DNA of 63,590 nt, counting the filler, from Octopus bimaculoides (Eukaryota): NCBI RefSeq assembly GCF_001194135.2. It is 4 parts of 4 records of this genome, joined end to end, with 100 filler letters (N's around TTAATTAATTAA, not from the genome) between each part and the next. Parts side by side here need not be neighbours in the genome. Positions count along the whole stretch, not along the records: positions 1 to 31,842 come from NC_068989.1; 3 more parts are not named here. One strand, given 5' to 3'. The position numbers and the translations under genes were made by a program. Below, one piece after another: positions 1-13,261 of this stretch (its first letter is position 1; every line of letters begins with the position of its first letter). The notes under the pieces were generated by a model. The model saw only the letters and a list, made by a program, of their open reading frames with translations. It did no database searches and was not told the origin of the DNA.

Positions 1-18
1 TATATATATATATATATA

Positions 19-861
19 CAGGGTGCGATGGGTAAATTGTTGCTATTTTATACTTTTAATTTTGTGCATGCACATTGTTTACTTTTGATTTTGTTGACTA
101 CACAGTATAGTAGGGTCAGTTGGACACCATCTGTGAGAAAACCAGTACCATGATGCAGTTCACTCTGCCAGAAATTTGGAAACAACATGCTGTACTGCTT
201 GGCATTCACACCGGAAGCTCCAATATGAACATTTCAGAGTGTTTGAGTATCAATCTGCAGACATGTTCAAAGAGTGATAAAAGTCAAACATCCAGTCAAC
301 ATCATGGTGTTTGGAGTGATAACTAGTGATGGCGACGTTATGCCTCCATTCATCTTCCCACATGGCCTCAGATTCAACATGGAGGCCTACATCAAGTGCC
401 TGGAGGAGGAAGGGTTACCCTGGGTCAAGAGGGTGGCTGCTGGGAGACCCTATATCTGGCAACAAGACTCTTCATCATGGTTGTCAGACAATTTCTGCAA
501 CCACATCATCCCTAACATCTGGCACCTAACTCCCAAAACTGCAACCTCCTTGACTATTATGTGTGGGGTGCAGTTGAGTGGGAGACCAACAAAACTCCTT
601 GTAACACCAAAGATGAACTGAAAGCAAGGATTATGGCAGCATTCACCAACTTGAACAAGGAGACTATCCAGAAGAGTTGCAGAAGATTTCAAAGTCGTCT
701 GGAGGCCATGGTTGATGCCAATGGCGATTTTATTGAATAAATTTAACTCTTTAGTATTTCAAGATATTTTTTTGTGATTTTGGTAATTATATCTGTTAGA
801 ATGAAATGTCCATGTTATTTTCATTTTTGTGTAATTTAGATGACAGTTTATTTACTGCACC

Positions 862-864
<3 letters not shown>
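19..864 (+). mobile_element. Internally deleted Tc1/mariner-superfamily DNA transposon (maT/DD37D-like)
   Basis: CAGGGTGC...GCACCCTG termini inside TA runs. Catalytic-domain remnants VMVFGVITSDGDVMPPFIF, YIWQQDS and PNSQNCNLLDYYVWGAVE (compare WPPNSPDLNPLDY). Frameshifted and deleted. Confidence 0.8.
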
Positions 865-910
<46 letters not shown>

Positions 911-911
<1 letters not shown>

Positions 912-1050
912 GTTAGGAAGGGCATCAAGCTGTAGAAGCTTTGCCAGATCGGATTGGAGCCTGGTGCAGCCTTCTAGCTTGCCAGCCCTCAGTGAAACTG
1001 TCCAACCCATGCCAGCATGGAAAGTGGACGTTAAACGATGACGCGATGAT
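911..1050 (+). mobile_element. RTE LINE 3' tail fragment
   Basis: Matches the 3' end of the RTE copies at 22090-22707 and 31273-31842; ends GGACGTTAAACGATGA. Confidence 0.8.
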
Positions 1051-1190
1051 ATATATATATATATATGCATATAGTCTTCTTTTGAAGTGTATTGTGTTGT
1101 GTTGACAAACTTGCATTTAAGATATCCATGTTTTTAATCAAAACTTGTTAGTTACTATGATGACAACAGTACCTATCTTACACACACACA

Positions 1191-1229
<39 letters not shown>

Positions 1230-2635
1230 ATTGTATTTTTCTCTAACAGCATAAGCTAAAAATGTATCTTACCATCTGTTTCTGTTCTTCGTCATTTTTC
1301 AGTAATATCACTGAAATATGTCTTGTGAAATATGTTGGGTCTTCTACTAAGTCCATGCAAGATTTCCTTTAGCTTTATGTTACTGTGTGTTTTAGGTGAC
1401 TTACACTTTTAGAGGTAATTAAGGAAAATTGCTGAGAGGTGCATAATGAGAATAAAGTTTCAAGCTTTGTTATCTTGAAGTAGCCAATAATGTTAACAAT
1501 GTTGGGGCTTCATTGCTTTTTCTGCAAATAGTTTTGAACAGATGCCAACAGGCTTTTGCAATGTCAAAGATTACATGTCTGCAGTCACAGCCATTATAAA
1601 GTTGTGCATTGCTTATAGAATGTTGTGGAGATGTAGATATTTGTAGCGGAAAGAATTAAGACTTCTCATCTAATTCTTTGTTATTCTACATAGTAAATTC
1701 ATTTTCAAGTTCACCCAAGAGTAGTGATGAGAGAACAAAAAATATTGTTAGTGTATCTATTTTGTCCAAAGTTCCCAGAAAAACTCCATATTATCACAAT
1801 CAGCATGAGGATAACTGCCATTTTTACAGTGTAGCTACCTCTAGCAGTAGTGAGTCACACCCCTCTATGGTGACAGACTATATCATCATATACCAAAAAT
1901 CTCAGGTGTGCACATTGCAATGTCTGCGACAGCATATAAACCACTGACCCTTTAATTTGGTTTCCTAAAATTTTTTAAAACTTGACCATCTCCAGATCTT
2001 TACATCTCATTCTAAGAAATCTAACTTTATATAACAAATAAAGATTATGCAAAACTGTCTACAAATCTGAACTTCTGAACACTGGTAGATCAACAATTAG
2101 ATTATTGGTCTTAAGACCTCATACAGTAATTCAAGAGGTGATCACTTCTCCCAGCTTACAAAAAAATTCAAGCTTCAGAAAGCTAACTTGTCATAGTGTC
2201 CCACTACGTTTTCCAACTCTATAAAGGATTTGAACCTAATATTTCAAACTAGTGAAAAATTTATCAATTATACTCTCAATTTTTCCAACATGAACAATAT
2301 TCATTTACAACAAAGTAGTAAACGAATGGTAACTATAGGCAGAAACGAGATAATTGTCTTTGCTAAGACAAAATTCAAAGCAACTCTTCAATTCTTTAAC
2401 TAGTAGTCTAGTATTTATTACACCCAATGGTATATCTATGGATCAATAAATGAAAGTAATGGCAGTTAAATCAAAATTATGTATTGTAATCTGAATTGTT
2501 AACCCTTCAACTGAGAAAACTAACATTCTATTGACTTAGTTGAAAGCTAATCTCCAAACAATTGTTGTGTGAAATAAAACTAACAAGGAATGTGAATATC
2601 ACATGGCCAGCATATGTACTTTGAATAATACGCAC

Positions 2636-2760
2636 TTGTGCTTTTCTCTTTCCATCTCTAACTGATGCGTCAGGTCAATGACTTGGCGTCGTAGGACCTC
2701 CCCATTTGAAGAGCCACTTTGAACTGCTTCTAATGTGCATTGATTTTGAACAACCAATTC
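2636..2760 (-). CDS. GOLGA4: Golgin-245-like exon (most 3' visible): ELVVQNQCTLEAVQSGSSNGEVLRRQVIDLTHQLEMEREKH
   Basis: Pyrimidine tract plus TAG acceptor, phase 0 matching exon 13049-13246, open coiled-coil frame, AA|GTGCGT donor (phase 2). The donor position is the least certain part. Confidence 0.55.
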
Positions 2761-3593
2761 CTAGTAAAAAGTAGAAAATAGTATGAACATTGAATACATA
2801 TATATAAAAAAAAATACCATGCAGCTGGATATGAAACACAGATTGTAGTAAAGGTGGTGAAGCTAGGGTAATTACAAAAACTGTTAAATGGATGTAGAAT
2901 AAATATAGCAGCAGAAGCAAAAAGACAGAAATAGAAAAAAAAATTAATCTAAAATAAAGATGAACAATGTAATAATAAAATCATAAACAGACAAATGTAA
3001 TGGCTATATAATACAGTGAACAACAGACACAAAAAGCAATGTACTAATAAAGGGTGAAAAATACATAAATAATGGATATTGTTTAGATGTTTCGAGAAAT
3101 AGAAATAAGTCCCAATAAAAGGATGAGGTAATTGTTAAAATGTGAAAAATGAAGAAAATATGTGCCATTACAGAGGATATTAAAAACTAGGTATGGTAAG
3201 AAATGAAGTGAATTTTAAAGGCTGTTTCTTAGAACTGCAAGAAGGTTGGTGTGGATCAGAATTAAATTTAATAAAAATGATTGAGTCAAAAGGATACTAG
3301 ATCCACTCCACCAGCTAAAGACCCAATGGCTCATATACTGAAATTAACACTACCTCCAAGATGAAGTCTGATCCAGCTCAAAATTGGCTCTATGGACAAT
3401 AAATTTAGACATGTAAGTAGTGGAAGCACTGAATAACTAGCAAGTATTTCATTAATTAGCAGGGTTATTATCTATAGCTTGGAAAAGTATGTGCCCCATT
3501 AGGCTGATTTATTCCATATTCACTACACCAATTATCAATTGTATTTCAACAACTCATGATTAGTAAAGCTAAATACAATGAATGTGAAATGGA

Positions 3594-3758
3594 TGTGTGG
3601 TAAGTAGCTTGCTTACCAACCACATGGTTCTGGGTTCAGTCCCATTGCGTGGCACCTTGGGCAAGTGCCTTCTACTATAGCCTCGGGCCAACCAAAGCCT
3701 TGTGAGTGGATTTGGTAGATGGAAACTGGAAGAAGCCTGTCGTATGTATATATATATG

Positions 3759-3795
<37 letters not shown>

Positions 3796-3950
3796 TTGTG
3801 TCCCCATGACTTAGCAGTTTGGCAAAAGAGACCGATAGAATAAGTACTAGGCTTACAAAGAATAAGTCCTGGGGTTGATTTGCTCGACTAAAGGCGATGC
3901 TCCAGGATGGCCACAGTCAAATGAATGAAACTAGTAAAAGAATAAAAGAA
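3594..3950 (+). mobile_element. tRNA-derived SINE, family A (CCTTGGGCAAG core-like box, internal TA/TG microsatellite)
   Basis: Near-identical to 23633-24028; B-box-like GGTTCAGTCCC; (AAAAGA)n-like tail. Confidence 0.8.
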
Positions 3951-4689
3951 TAGATAAAATTCTTTTATTAATGGAAGAAACAAAATCTTGAATGATCTTT
4001 ATTACTGAGAGATAACAACTCTTCTTGATTCTTCAGTGACAGAAGAAAAAATGTTGCCTATAAAACTACGTTAAAATAAAAATAAATGAAAGAAGAGGGT
4101 TATAGTTTGCTTGAAGCATTGTGATACAGAAATAGAATAATAAACAAAAAGAGGAAAGGAGGAGAGCTTCTAACAATGCAGAGAGGAAAGTTAAAAAACC
4201 TTTATATATATCAGGTACAGAGGCCCTTCTTCAGAAGAATATGATTAAAGAAATGTGAGTCTATGTAGATCCTGCCATTTGAATAGCTAAATGGGAAGTG
4301 ACCTCAGTCTGGTGAGTGTGCTAGCAGCAGCAGTTTTCCAAAAACTGGTGTTGTTGGTGTCATAGAGGTGACAGTAAGGGTGGTGATGGATGGCTGTCAG
4401 TTGGTTGGCTGCAGTGGTTGTCTCCATCGGTGTTATTGGCAATGGTGGTAAATGCCATGGTAGAGGACAGTGATGACATTGTTTACATCAATATTGTTGG
4501 AAATGGTAGTAAATGTCATGGTAGTAATCAGTGATAGACTTAGTAAAACATGTCATTATAGTAGATGACAAAAGTCATGGATGAATACAGCAACAATCTT
4601 CATCATCAGTGGCAGTGATGGTGGTGGTGGTGGTGGTGGTGGTGGTTGTAATAGCTGTGAACATGGTGCTGGTAAGCAACAGTATTAAT

Positions 4690-5400
4690 TACTGTCATAA
4701 TGGCTCCTCTCCAGAATCCTGAAACCTTTACTGTTGTCTTTCTCAGGCATGTCAATAGCCCAGATGAGGTTATCCTACAACTGCACCAACTCAAATCCAA
4801 CACCCTCAGATGCAACAGATGCATTTTCAGCCTAGATATGGTCTCACTTTGCACATTGGTTCCTTCCTGCAGTTGACCTGATGCAGGTCTCTTAGAGTGA
4901 GAATTCCATTGTCACTAGCAGAGGTAATATTTCTCTTAACTATTTGAATACATCTGTGTTTTGTTAGTATTGATATCTAATGTCAATGTGAGATTCCTAA
5001 AAAGCATAAACAATCAAGTGTTGGATATAACTTCCTGTACAAAGGAGCACAGCTGTCGATCTCTGGTAGGTCTTGCCTGCATATACGAAATGTTTGAAAC
5101 ATTTCTTTGATGAAACCGATTGGGTACTTTATAGTTATGCTCAGCTGATGACTGGTATTAACGTAACAGATAGTAGTTCAGGAATTGTGATGATTGAAGA
5201 GTTTGATCCCCAATATTGATACACAGCAGATCAGTAAAGCTCTGGAGAAAAAAAGCTACTGGTTTTCTCAGATTGGCCTCAATGGTGAACTTGGATATCT
5301 GATATATCTGACAAAAGAGATTACTCAACTATTTAAACTCAGCTGTACCTTGTCAAGTGTGTTGATATCAGTGTCAATATCTGTTTGTGCATGTCTGATA
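4690..5400 (+). mobile_element. Highly decayed Penelope-like RT remnant
   Basis: IFSLDMVSL (compare SLDVVSLFT), LACIYEMFET and SADDW in shifted frames. Confidence 0.35.
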
Positions 5401-5499
5401 TATAGCAACCACATCATTGAATATTACTTCCTACACAAAAAGGACATAATAGCCAACTTCCAATAGGTAGTGATGATTAATAATTTGTCACATAGATAA

Positions 5500-6260
5500 T
5501 ATCACAACTGCATTATTCATCAAGCAGAAGGTGCTTAACTCACTTCTTTCCAACTTTCACAAGTCTACATTCAATGCTCGTATTTCCTGTCATGTAACAT
5601 CACATTCATAGATGAAAATCATACAAACCAGCCTTCCCTAGAGAAAATTTCTTTGTTAGCTGAAGTAATAACTCCATGAACTTTTCCTGCCCCATTCTTA
5701 CTCTAATTACTATAATTTTGGAACACCCTCTCCACTCTTAACTAGGTCAGTAATGTAACAAGGAATTAATTATGTTGGAACTTTTACTGCTAATTATTTC
5801 AATGCATCTACTGCATACAAAGTCTATTTTCTCTGTCAGCCTGCCTGTTATTCCACAACACCTTTTGTGTATCCACAGTTTAGTTGGGTACACTAAAGAC
5901 TGGAGTCTTGTCGTTTTTCCTGCAAATTAAAAATTGTGTTTTTGCTCAGTTTATTTTAAGCCTCAAGGTTTTCCTTCCACATTTGGAGTTTCTTCTCTAA
6001 ATTTTCAGTAGATTCAACAATGAGAACAAGGTCATTGGTATACAGGCGTTCCCAAGGACAGCTAGCATTAATGTCCTCTGTTATGACCTGGAGAACAACA
6101 ATAAAGTACTGGCCTGGGAACCAAACCCTCATGAACAGTTATTTGCACATTTAATTCCCTGCTGAACTCATTACCAACTAGAATCACAACTCAGCAATGA
6201 AGCTTACAGGCCAAAGGCCAATAGTTTGAGGTACAGATACCACAAGACTCAGCCCACCCC
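5500..6260 (-). mobile_element. Old RTE LINE RT remnant
   Basis: The minus strand reads CPWERLYTNDLVLIVESTENLEKKLQMWKENLE, homologous to CPWELLYADDLALIAESLSELEERFQVWKQGLE of the 29563-30984 ORF. Confidence 0.6.
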
Positions 6261-6715
6261 CACAAACTTCGAATATAAAGTCTTCAAATAGAATTTAAAA
6301 AAAACAACAACAAAAGATTGTTGGAATATTAATAAATATTTTATTTCTGTGTAGTTATTTGAAAAAAGTTCATTAAAGTGATTTCTATTTCCTTTTCCAG
6401 CAGAAAAAAAGGGATATGTACATAAGATTGCAAGTTAGCAGAAAACTGTCCACCCACTATTACTTCAGTGTATCTACTTACAACTAGGCAGTAAGTGAAT
6501 GGTATCTATAGACTAAACAACTCAGATGACTTTGATTGAGATAAAACACAATATTAAAAATTCAAAGACAATCATCAATTCTTTTATGAGCACCTTAGTA
6601 ACTCAGTCATATACAACTCACATTGTATATAAATACTTTTAAAGTAAGGAAAGAGTTGTCAGGTCCACACTGCTTATAAGGATTTTTATTAGGCAGGCAA
6701 AAATTAAAAATCTTG

Positions 6716-7032
6716 TATCTTTTACTTGTTTCAGTCATTAGGCTGCAGCCATGCTGGGGCACTACCTTGAAGAATTTTTAGTCAAATGAATTAACTCCAG
6801 TACTTTTTCCTTTTTTTAAGCATGGTCTATTGGTCTCTTTTGTTGAACCACTAAGTGACAGGGACATAAACAGAGGCACAAAGACAGACATACATACACA
6901 CGTCTATATGCAATGGCTTTCTTTTAGTTTCCGTCTACCAAATCCACTTAACAAGCTATAGTAGAAGACAGTTACTCAAGGTGCCACATAGTAGGACTGA
7001 ACCCAGAACCATGTGGTTGGGAAGCAAGCTTC
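6716..7032 (-). mobile_element. SINE family A, decayed copy
   Basis: Reverse complement of the 3594-3950 and 23633-24028 elements. Confidence 0.7.
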
Positions 7033-7124
7033 AATGCAACACATATTTAAGGAACATGACATTCATACATTTTTCCAAAGCAAAATTAAAATTATTTGTC
7101 ATGAACCACAGATGTCTATCAGTA

Positions 7125-7633
7125 TGTAGCAATGACCAAAAAAAATCCTAACTTAAGATGGGTGATTTCCCTTGATTGGGATCATGGAGCAAATTCGGAT
7201 TATCACCCTTAAACTATAACTTGTTCCCAGTAACTTTGGAATAATTGATTTAGTCCACTTGAGGGCGCTTCTAATTATATAACTATTGCTTTGTTTACAC
7301 AATAGAGTAGTTACCTTTTCGCTTGCAACTAGCATTTTTTATGATACGCCATGTTTGATCCATAACAGTTGCACTGTATTTTGCATGGGTGCACATTCAA
7401 TACACTAAGTTACTCAGTTCAAAGATGTTTTCTGCATTTTGTGTGTAAACATCCCAACATGAAATAAAATTATCTATGAAATGAAATATGCATTAGAAAT
7501 CCTTTGCTTCAGTACATGAGCCAGTGATGTTACTTTGACACGTGGAAGGCCAAGGGTGCCATTTTCTTTCAGCTTTGCACCACATCTCAGCGTCTATGAA
7601 CGATTAACCAATATGATTGGACAACATCCAACA
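7125..7633 (+). repeat. 5' LTR (509 bp)
   Basis: Direct repeat of 12162-12663; starts TGTAGCAATGAC and ends CAACA. Confidence 0.9.
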
Positions 7634-7634
7634 T

Positions 7635-7646
7635 TGGTGACCCGAC
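7635..7646 (+). promoter_or_regulatory. Primer-binding site TGGTGACCCGAC (tRNA-Trp-like)
   Basis: Lies 1 nt after the 5' LTR; one C short of TGGTGACCCCGAC, the complement of the eukaryotic tRNA-Trp 3' end. Confidence 0.7.
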
Positions 7647-8001
7647 AAATACACACAAAAAAATTATATCTGAAGGAATTTTGATATCGACACCCGGAAT
7701 GTTACATATCAACCTTTTCTTCACAGCACCTGGTGTCCAGCTCTTTTTCATCTCTGGCATTGCTTGTTACCATTTCAAAGGTAATTTTCACTTTTCATTA
7801 CCAAAATCTCCTGGTTCTCAGCCTCCTTCAGAATAATATTTTTTATATTTCAAATTCAAGTCCAACAGCAGTACACTTGCTTTTCATTTCGTTCGCCTTT
7901 CTTCTTCTTACATAAGATTACGTATTTGAGTTTATATTCCTCCTCACCCATTCTTTCTGTTCATTTCTGCTGCACATCATAGTCACAAAAGCATCCTTAC
8001 G

Positions 8002-8657
8002 ATGAGTACTACCTCTATTTCAGCATATGCAGGCAATGATGCTAAGCTGTGGTTTGCCCAACTTGATTCTTATTTTGCTGCAAATGGTGTACAGTCTTCA
8101 CAACAGAAAATGCATATCCTGATTAGTGGTATTCCTGCTTCTTTAGCTACTACCATAAAGCATCTCATCACCGACCATGCACAAGGCACCTCCTATGATT
8201 CTTTCAAATCAAAAGTTCTGAGATGGAACACAATTCATCAGAAAATCGGTTCTGCACCCTACTTCAGGATGAACATCTTGGGGCTAGGACTCCTTCTGAG
8301 ATTTTATGGAGGATTCGTGAACTCAGCAATGCTGCACCTGAGGACAGCTCATTTGTCATGAAGTTGTTCTTCTCCAGGCAGCCAAACAATGTACAAACAA
8401 TACTGGCTAATATGGTTGACACAAGTACTATTGACCAAATTGCCACCTCAGAAGACAGGATTGTGGAGTTTTCACATAATCCCACCATGGCTGATAGAGT
8501 CGTTGCTTCTTCTTCTTCATCTCCTACATCACAGGCTACCTCAACAGGCGAAGATGCCACAATAAGAACCATTGATTGCTTAACACGCGAAGTCACTAAA
8601 CTGTGTCATGCACATGCAACATTTCGGCATCACTCGCATACTCGCTCTTCTTCTTGA
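8002..8657 (+). pseudogene. Gypsy gag, frameshifted
   Basis: AKLWFAQLDSYF motif; continues in another frame as LGARTPSEILWRIREL...LFFSRQPNNVQTIL. Confidence 0.8.
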
Positions 8658-8817
8658 CACCATTCCAGCCCTACTGTCACCAGTTCCTCACTGTTTTGCT
8701 ACCACTCAAGGTTCAAAGAGAATGCATGTCAGTGTGTTAAGCCCTATTCATTTGGGGCATTGGTAAACTGAGTTCAGAGAGCCTGGGCACAGATCTTTCC
8801 TGTAACATTTCGCCTTA

Positions 8818-11800
8818 TTGTGCTTTTTACATCAGGGATCTCGTCTCTTACAAGTGTTCATGGTGGACAGAGGATCGAGTTGTAGTGTTTGGTCCTTAAG
8901 ATTCCTCTCTACCAAGTCGAATCCTTCAAGCATTTCTTTATATGCAGTGAATCAGTCTCCCACCAGGACCTATGGCCAGATATCCTTATCGTTGGACCTA
9001 TCTTTATGCTGAGACTTTAAATAGATTTTTACCATCACTGATCTTCCTCATCCTAGCCTCGATGCAGATTTCCTACACCATTATTCACTTTTGGCGGATA
9101 TCAGGAGCCAGAGACTTCTGGATAGTACCACATACTTACCTACACCAGCTCACGAATCTACCACCACTGTTATCAGTCCGTCATTCTTCGTGACTGCTGC
9201 CAGAAACCAGTTTCATGCACTCCTTGCCTCATTTCCCAAGTTGACAAACCTTTCCTTCAAGCCTACCTGGGCAATCCACTCGACTCAACACTACATCACA
9301 ACGACTGGACTGGTCAACCTGTTTTCTCTCAACCACAATGGTTAGCTCTGGACAAATTGAAGATAGCTCGAGCCAAGTTTGAGCACATGCTCCAGCTCAG
9401 CCTTATACGACTTTCCACCAGCCCATGGGCATGTCCCTTACATTTGGCATGCCAAGTTGACATTGACTTTCACCCAGTTGGAGACAACAGATGTCTTAAT
9501 GCCGTCACCACCCCTGATAGATATCCAGAACCTCAGTTCAGGATTTCTAATCCACTCTGAATAACTGCATGGTGTTTTCGAAATTGGACCTGGTATAAGC
9601 ATAACATCAGATACCAATGAATCCAGATGTGCCCAAAACCACGGTGACAACACCGTTTGGCTCATTTGAATTTCTATCTATGCCATTCGGACTGCAAAAC
9701 ACTGCTAGTACGTTCCAGCGCTTTACTGACGAAGTTACTTGTGGACTTCCAGGTGTTTTTGCCTACATCGACGACATACTCATTGCCAGTCCTACCATTG
9801 AATTACATCAGCAGCATCTTTCTCAATTGTTCCAGTGACTCTCACAGTACAATGTCAAAGTCAACCCAGCGAAATGTGTTTTTGGCAAATCCTCATTGGA
9901 ATTTTTAGGACACATCATTGATTGTGACGGCATTCAACCTTTGTCCACTAAGATCCAAGCCATCCAGGATTTAGCTCCTCTCATGTCCTTCTGTCGTCTC
10001 CGACACTTCCTCGGTCTCATCCACCTTTATCATCGTTTCCTACCTAATTGTGCTCAGAAATTTTAAAGAACAGAATGAAAAAGATGCGGCTATTTCCCTT
10101 TCTCCAGATGAATTGCTGGCATTCCAAACAATCAAATCAGACTTAATTCAAGTTGCTACACTAGCCCATATGATTCCTGGAGCACATCTTGTACTTACCA
10201 TTGATACTTCAAATTTTGTAGTTGGTGCAATATTACAGCAAGTTGTTAATCAATATCTCCAACCCTTGGCATTCTTTTCACGTCAGCTCAGGGATCTGGA
10301 AACGAGATACAGCACCTTTGCATGCGAGTTGCTAGCCATTTACCTTGCAGTCAAGTATTTTTATCATTTTCTCGTTGGGCGTGATTTTGTGATTTTCACA
10401 GATCACAAACCATTGATGTTTGCACTTCGTTCAAAATCAGACAAATACTCGCCCTGTGAGATCAGACACTTCGACTTTATCTCACAATTTACAAGTGATA
10501 TACACTACCTTTCTGGAGCAGACAGTGTCCCTGTGGATGCACTGTCAAGACTTCCAGTTTGTTCTTTGTCTCTAGCTGTGATTGATCTGGTCATGCTTGC
10601 TACTGACCAGCCCCTTCTGCAATCAATCGACACTTCGTCTCCACCATTTACTCAATGTCGTTTGGAGTACTTACCCTTGTCAGCAACAGACAGAACTATC
10701 TTGTGTGATGTATCTACAGGATCACCTCACCCTCTTGTTCCTAACAACCATTGCTCAAGCATGTTCGATGTTTTGCACTCCTTATCTCATACAGGTATTG
10801 TAGACTTAGTCAAGCTCATCACAACCTGCTTTTTTTGGCTGGACATGTGCTGAGATATCACTGCTTGGTCTCGCTCCTGTTGTCAGTGCCAGTGTTCCAA
10901 GCTCCATACACACATTCGTTTGCCACTCAGAAAATTTGACCAGCCTGACAGTCGTTTTTGCTACATTCATATTAACCTCATCAGTCCGTGGCCTGTTAGT
11001 AATGGATACTTCTATATTCTTACCTGTGTCAACCATTCTCCTCACTGAGATCTCCACTGAATCAGTCACCCATGCTTTGATATCAGGCTGGATATTGCGT
11101 TTTGGTGTTCCCTCAAGGTTCACCACCAATCGGGGGTGACAATTTGAATCAAAGCTCTTCCATGAACTTTCTCATCTCTTGGGTGTGCAGCATTTGTAAA
11201 CGACAAGCTACCACCCTGTTTCTAATGGGATAGTAGTGTGATTCCACTGTCAACTGAAGGCAGCTCTTTGTGCATCACCACTAAGATGGACTGAGTACCT
11301 TCCCATCATCCTTTTGGGTTGTTGGTCCTCTGTGAAAGTGGATCTGGGTTATTCTTTGGCCAAATTTCTCTACAGTACACCACTATCATTACCAGGCCAG
11401 ATGCTGGCACCAACTAATACTGCTACCAAAGATCTGTCTCACAACGTCAAATGTTTGCAATCATCCCTCTCCGATTTACCACTGATGAACATCCGGTCAC
11501 AATCTCTGAAGTCTGCAGTACCGAAGGACATTGCTTCATGGGCCCATGTGTTCATATCTTATCGAGTTCTGCAATGTGCAGACAAAGTTTTCACTGTAGA
11601 ACTTAACAAAAGAAAAGAAACTGTTTCAGTTGACAGACACAAGAAGGCATACACTGAGCCATCCCCCCACCACATTCACACTACCTTCGCAGACACCTCC
11701 TACACCACCACCATATGTTTCACAACCACCATCTTCCAAATCTTATGTTATGTGCTCTGGACACTCTGTACATTAACCTTGAAAGATATCCAAAACATTT

Positions 11801-11860
11801 TATATTTAAATCAGTCAATTGACATACAGATGAACTGTATTTGTTCCTGTATCATTTGAC
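8818..11860 (+). pseudogene. Gypsy pol (protease, RT, RNase H, integrase), disrupted
   Basis: FMVDRGSS (protease), KTTVTTPFGSFEFLSMPFGLQNTASTFQR and YIDDILIAS (RT), DTSNFVVGAILQ, YSTFACELLAIY and FTDHKPL (RNase H), HSLSH and RFGVPSRFTTNRG (integrase). Many stops and frameshifts. Confidence 0.9.
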
Positions 11861-12161
11861 TGTTTGCCTCTGATGAACTCTTCTTTGCATTGTTTAGTTG
11901 CATGCTTAGTTCTCTGGTACATTGTGTTACATGTTTATATTCTATTCCTGTGGTATTCACACATAATTTCTTTTTCTAGGCATCAAATTTTTTTATTGTA
12001 TTTATGCACATTACGTTTCTTTTAATGGCTACTGGCATAGACACTCATTACACTTTCAGATCAGCCTTTTCCGTGACATGGTTTACCAACCATTTCCTGT
12101 TTTCCCATTTCCTTTTTATTCGGTCAGTTCGCCATTGCTTTTTATCTAGCCAAGGAGTTAC

Positions 12162-12663
12162 TGTAGCAATGACAAAAAAAATTGTAACTTAAGATGGGTG
12201 ATTTCCCTTGATTGGGATCATGGAGCAAATTCAGATTATCACCCTTAAACTATAATTTGTTTCCAGCAATTTCGGAACAATTGATTTAGTCCACTTGAGG
12301 GCACTTCTAATCATATAACTATTGTTTTGTTTCCACTACAACAATAGAGCAGTTACCTTTACGCCTGCGACTAGCATTTTTCATGATATGCCATGTTTGA
12401 GCCATAACAGTTGTACTGTATTTTGTGTTACTCTGTTCAAAGATGTTTTCTGGATTTCAACAAAATCAGCATCTTGTGTGTAAACATCTCGACATAAAAT
12501 TATTCATGAAACAAAATAAGCGTCGGAAATTCTTTGCTTCAGTACACGAGCCAGTGGTGTTGCTTCAACACGTGGAAGGCCAAGGGTGGCATTTTCTTTC
12601 AGCTTTGCACCGCATCTCGATGTCTATGAACGATTAACTAGTATCATTGGACAACATACAACA
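12162..12663 (+). repeat. 3' LTR (502 bp)
   Basis: Diverged copy of the 5' LTR with indels, followed by the AGTA TSD. Confidence 0.9.
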
Positions 12664-13048
12664 AGTATCTAAAGTGCTAAGGACAGAACGCTAGTCTATC
12701 GCAGGTAACTTTTTATAGAAGTTCTGAACCCTATTTCCATAACCCAATGAATAAAGCATTTTTTTAGATATCCAGTGGACTTGAACTCACAAGTCAAGTA
12801 CTCATAGCTCCACATCTTACCAATTAATCTATTTGATGTATATAAATTAATAATGTTTGTGAAATTGCTACAGCTAGAAATTAAAACTGAATCATGAATT
12901 TGGCTTGCTGAGTATTTCTTCTACAATGTAGCATGATTAATGAGATAAGAAATAGAATGTACTCAAATATAAAGTAAAAACATTCAGTGAAATCTAAAAT
13001 ATAGCTTATAGAAACAGTTTTGAAATTAAGATAAAGCAAGTAGAATAC

Positions 13049-13246
13049 CTTTCTCTCATGGTTCCACTCACTGCTAAGAGCTGACACTTCTTGGTTATGT
13101 TGCTTTTGTAGACTTTCTGTCTGCTGGTTAAACTTTGCCTCAAGTTTTCCTTGAAGTTCAATTAATTCTTCCTGGTGGATTTGTCCTTCATGATCAATTT
13201 GATTTTGGAGCTGGTGAGATTTGTGTTCCATTTCTTCCTGTATTTT
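13049..13246 (-). CDS. GOLGA4: Golgin-245-like coiled-coil exon, 66 codons (KIQEEMEHK...EWNHERK)
   Basis: TTTCAG acceptor, AAG|GTATTC donor, phase 0/0, heptad-rich E/Q/K sequence. Confidence 0.8.
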
Positions 13247-13261
13247 CTGAAAGGAATAACT

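Larger units (their letters stand above)
7125..12663 (+). mobile_element. Full-length degenerate Ty3/Gypsy LTR retrotransposon, antisense in a GOLGA4-like intron
   Basis: Two TG...CA LTRs, 4-bp TSD AGTA (7121-7124 and 12664-12667), PBS, and gag-PR-RT-RNaseH-IN domain order. Confidence 0.92.

Noticed and set aside
1-2635. GRIP-domain exon of the golgin gene
   Set aside because: No EYLRNI/YM..ET-like motif found on the minus strand; it probably lies left of the window. This keeps the GOLGA4 call below certainty.
3960-4060. Possible extra exon NQEELLSLSNK on the minus strand
   Set aside because: An acceptor-like AG is present but no donor follows.
8264-8596. 110-aa minus-strand ORF
   Set aside because: Antisense shadow of Gypsy gag.
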